32,000 nt of DNA, from the NCBI GenBank assembly GCA_049942775.1, contig CP188087.1:360001-392000 (forward strand), read 5' to 3'. The DNA comes from Candidatus Saccharimonadota bacterium (GTDB lineage Bacteria; Pseudomonadota; Gammaproteobacteria; Enterobacterales; Enterobacteriaceae). This document shows positions 30,976 through 32,000 of this stretch, piece by piece (position 1 is the first letter of the stretch; every line of letters starts with the position of its first letter). The position numbers and the translations under genes were made by a program. Below the pieces are notes generated by a model. The model made no database searches. It saw nothing but the letters and a program-made list of their open reading frames with translations, and was not told the DNA's origin.

Positions 30976-32000
30976 ATGTTAGAAATAGAAAAAAAGAATA
31001 AGAATAATGAATATAAAAATAGATCAGAAAAACTAAAAAAAATGAAAAAAAAAGGTTTTTCTTTTCCAAATAAATTTAAACCAAATTACACTGCTAAAAA
31101 AATTTTATCAAAATTTTCTGATTTTACTAAAGAAAATCTGAAAAAATTAAAGATAGAAATAAAAATAGCTGGACGAATACTACAAAAAAGAACTATTGGA
31201 AAAGCAACATTTATATTAATACAAGACAACACACATTGCATACAAATTTACATTAGACAAAATAACATTTTTTATCAACAAAAATATAAATCTTTAATGA
31301 AAAAGATAGATATAGGAGACATAATTAGTACACAGGGGGAATTATTTAAAACACAAACTAATCAATTATCTATAAGATGTATGGAAATAAATATACTAAC
31401 AAAATCTCTTAGATCTTTGCCTGAAAAATATCATGGTTTATCAGATCCTGAAATTAAATTTCGTAAAAGATATCTAGATCTAATAGCCAATAAAAAATCA
31501 AAAAAAAAATTTATCATTAGATCAAAAATAATTGCAGAAATAAGAAAATTTATGAATTATCACCAATTTCTAGAAGTAGAAACTCCAATGTTGCATACAA
31601 TTCCTGGAGGTGCCACAGCACGTCCATTTACGACTTATCATAATGCATATGATACAAGTATGTACTTACGAATTTCTCCAGAATTATATTTAAAACAATT
31701 AATTATTGGTGGTTTTACTAAAATTTTTGAAATTAATCGTAATTTTAGAAATGAAGGCATTTCATTCAAACATAATCCAGAGTTCACTATGCTAGAATTA
31801 TACATGGCTTATGCTAATTACAAAGACATGATGAATCTTTTAAAAAAACTATTAAAAAATATCTCAAATGAAATCTTTGGAACAAAAATAATAATGTACA
31901 AAGATCAAAAATTTGATTTTTCAAAACCATATAATGAATTTACGATGCAAGAATCTATTTTAAAATATGTTCCTAGTATACAAGAATCAGATTTAAAAAA
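30976..32000 (+). CDS. lysS: Lysine--tRNA ligase (class II), 5' part; continues beyond the window
   Basis: ATG at 30976. KGFSFPNKF, AGRILQKRTIGKATFILIQD, RKRYLDLI, VETPMLHTIPGGATARPF, LRISPELYLKQLIIGGF and FEINRNFRNEGIS.KHNPEFTMLE are colinear with E. coli LysS. It is missing from the ORF track because there is no stop within the window. Confidence 0.94.
   Translation, partial: MLEIEKKNKNNEYKNRSEKLKKMKKKGFSFPNKFKPNYTAKKILSKFSDFTKENLKKLKIEIKIAGRILQKRTIGKATFILIQDNTHCIQIYIRQNNIFYQQKYKSLMKKIDIGDIISTQGELFKTQTNQLSIRCMEINILTKSLRSLPEKYHGLSDPEIKFRKRYLDLIANKKSKKKFIIRSKIIAEIRKFMNYHQFLEVETPMLHTIPGGATARPFTTYHNAYDTSMYLRISPELYLKQLIIGGFTKIFEINRNFRNEGISFKHNPEFTMLELYMAYANYKDMMNLLKKLLKNISNEIFGTKIIMYKDQKFDFSKPYNEFTMQESILKYVPSIQESDLK

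Overview
This window is extremely A+T-rich (by eye about 80% or more) and densely packed with single-copy housekeeping genes. It looks like a reduced Enterobacterales-derived insect endosymbiont genome. The gene order is ffh / rpsP-rimM-trmD-rplS / tldD / aroQ / rluD / bamD / alaS-csrA-tRNASer-tRNAArg / metK / rpiA / tRNAMet-Leu-Gln / glnS / pyrG-eno / mutS / dsbA-polA / engB / typA / gmk / ygfZ / prfB-lysS. This matches what I recall for Buchnera aphidicola, but I could not run a search to confirm it. I can support 26 protein-coding units, 5 tRNAs, several intergenic hairpins, one perfect tandem duplication and two homopolymers longer than 25 nt. I found no mobile elements, CRISPR, prophage, toxin or defence genes, or secondary-metabolite genes, and no candidate for a novel multi-gene system. 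Every long ORF that is not antisense to a conserved gene has a clear housekeeping identity. The interesting observations concern recoding and ongoing gene erosion. (1) ffh is out of frame across an A27 tract. (2) prfB keeps the classical +1 frameshift site, but an A12 tract seven codons later leaves the post-shift frame closed, so a second compensating slip is needed. (3) pyrG carries a net loss of about 16 nt that causes a frameshift and removes a conserved motif, while the rest of the gene is intact. (4) polA is split in frame into separate 5'-nuclease and Klenow-like cistrons, and the proofreading site appears eroded. (5) A perfect 2 x 49 bp tandem duplication lies downstream of csrA. All homopolymer-length claims depend on the assembly being correct at those tracts.
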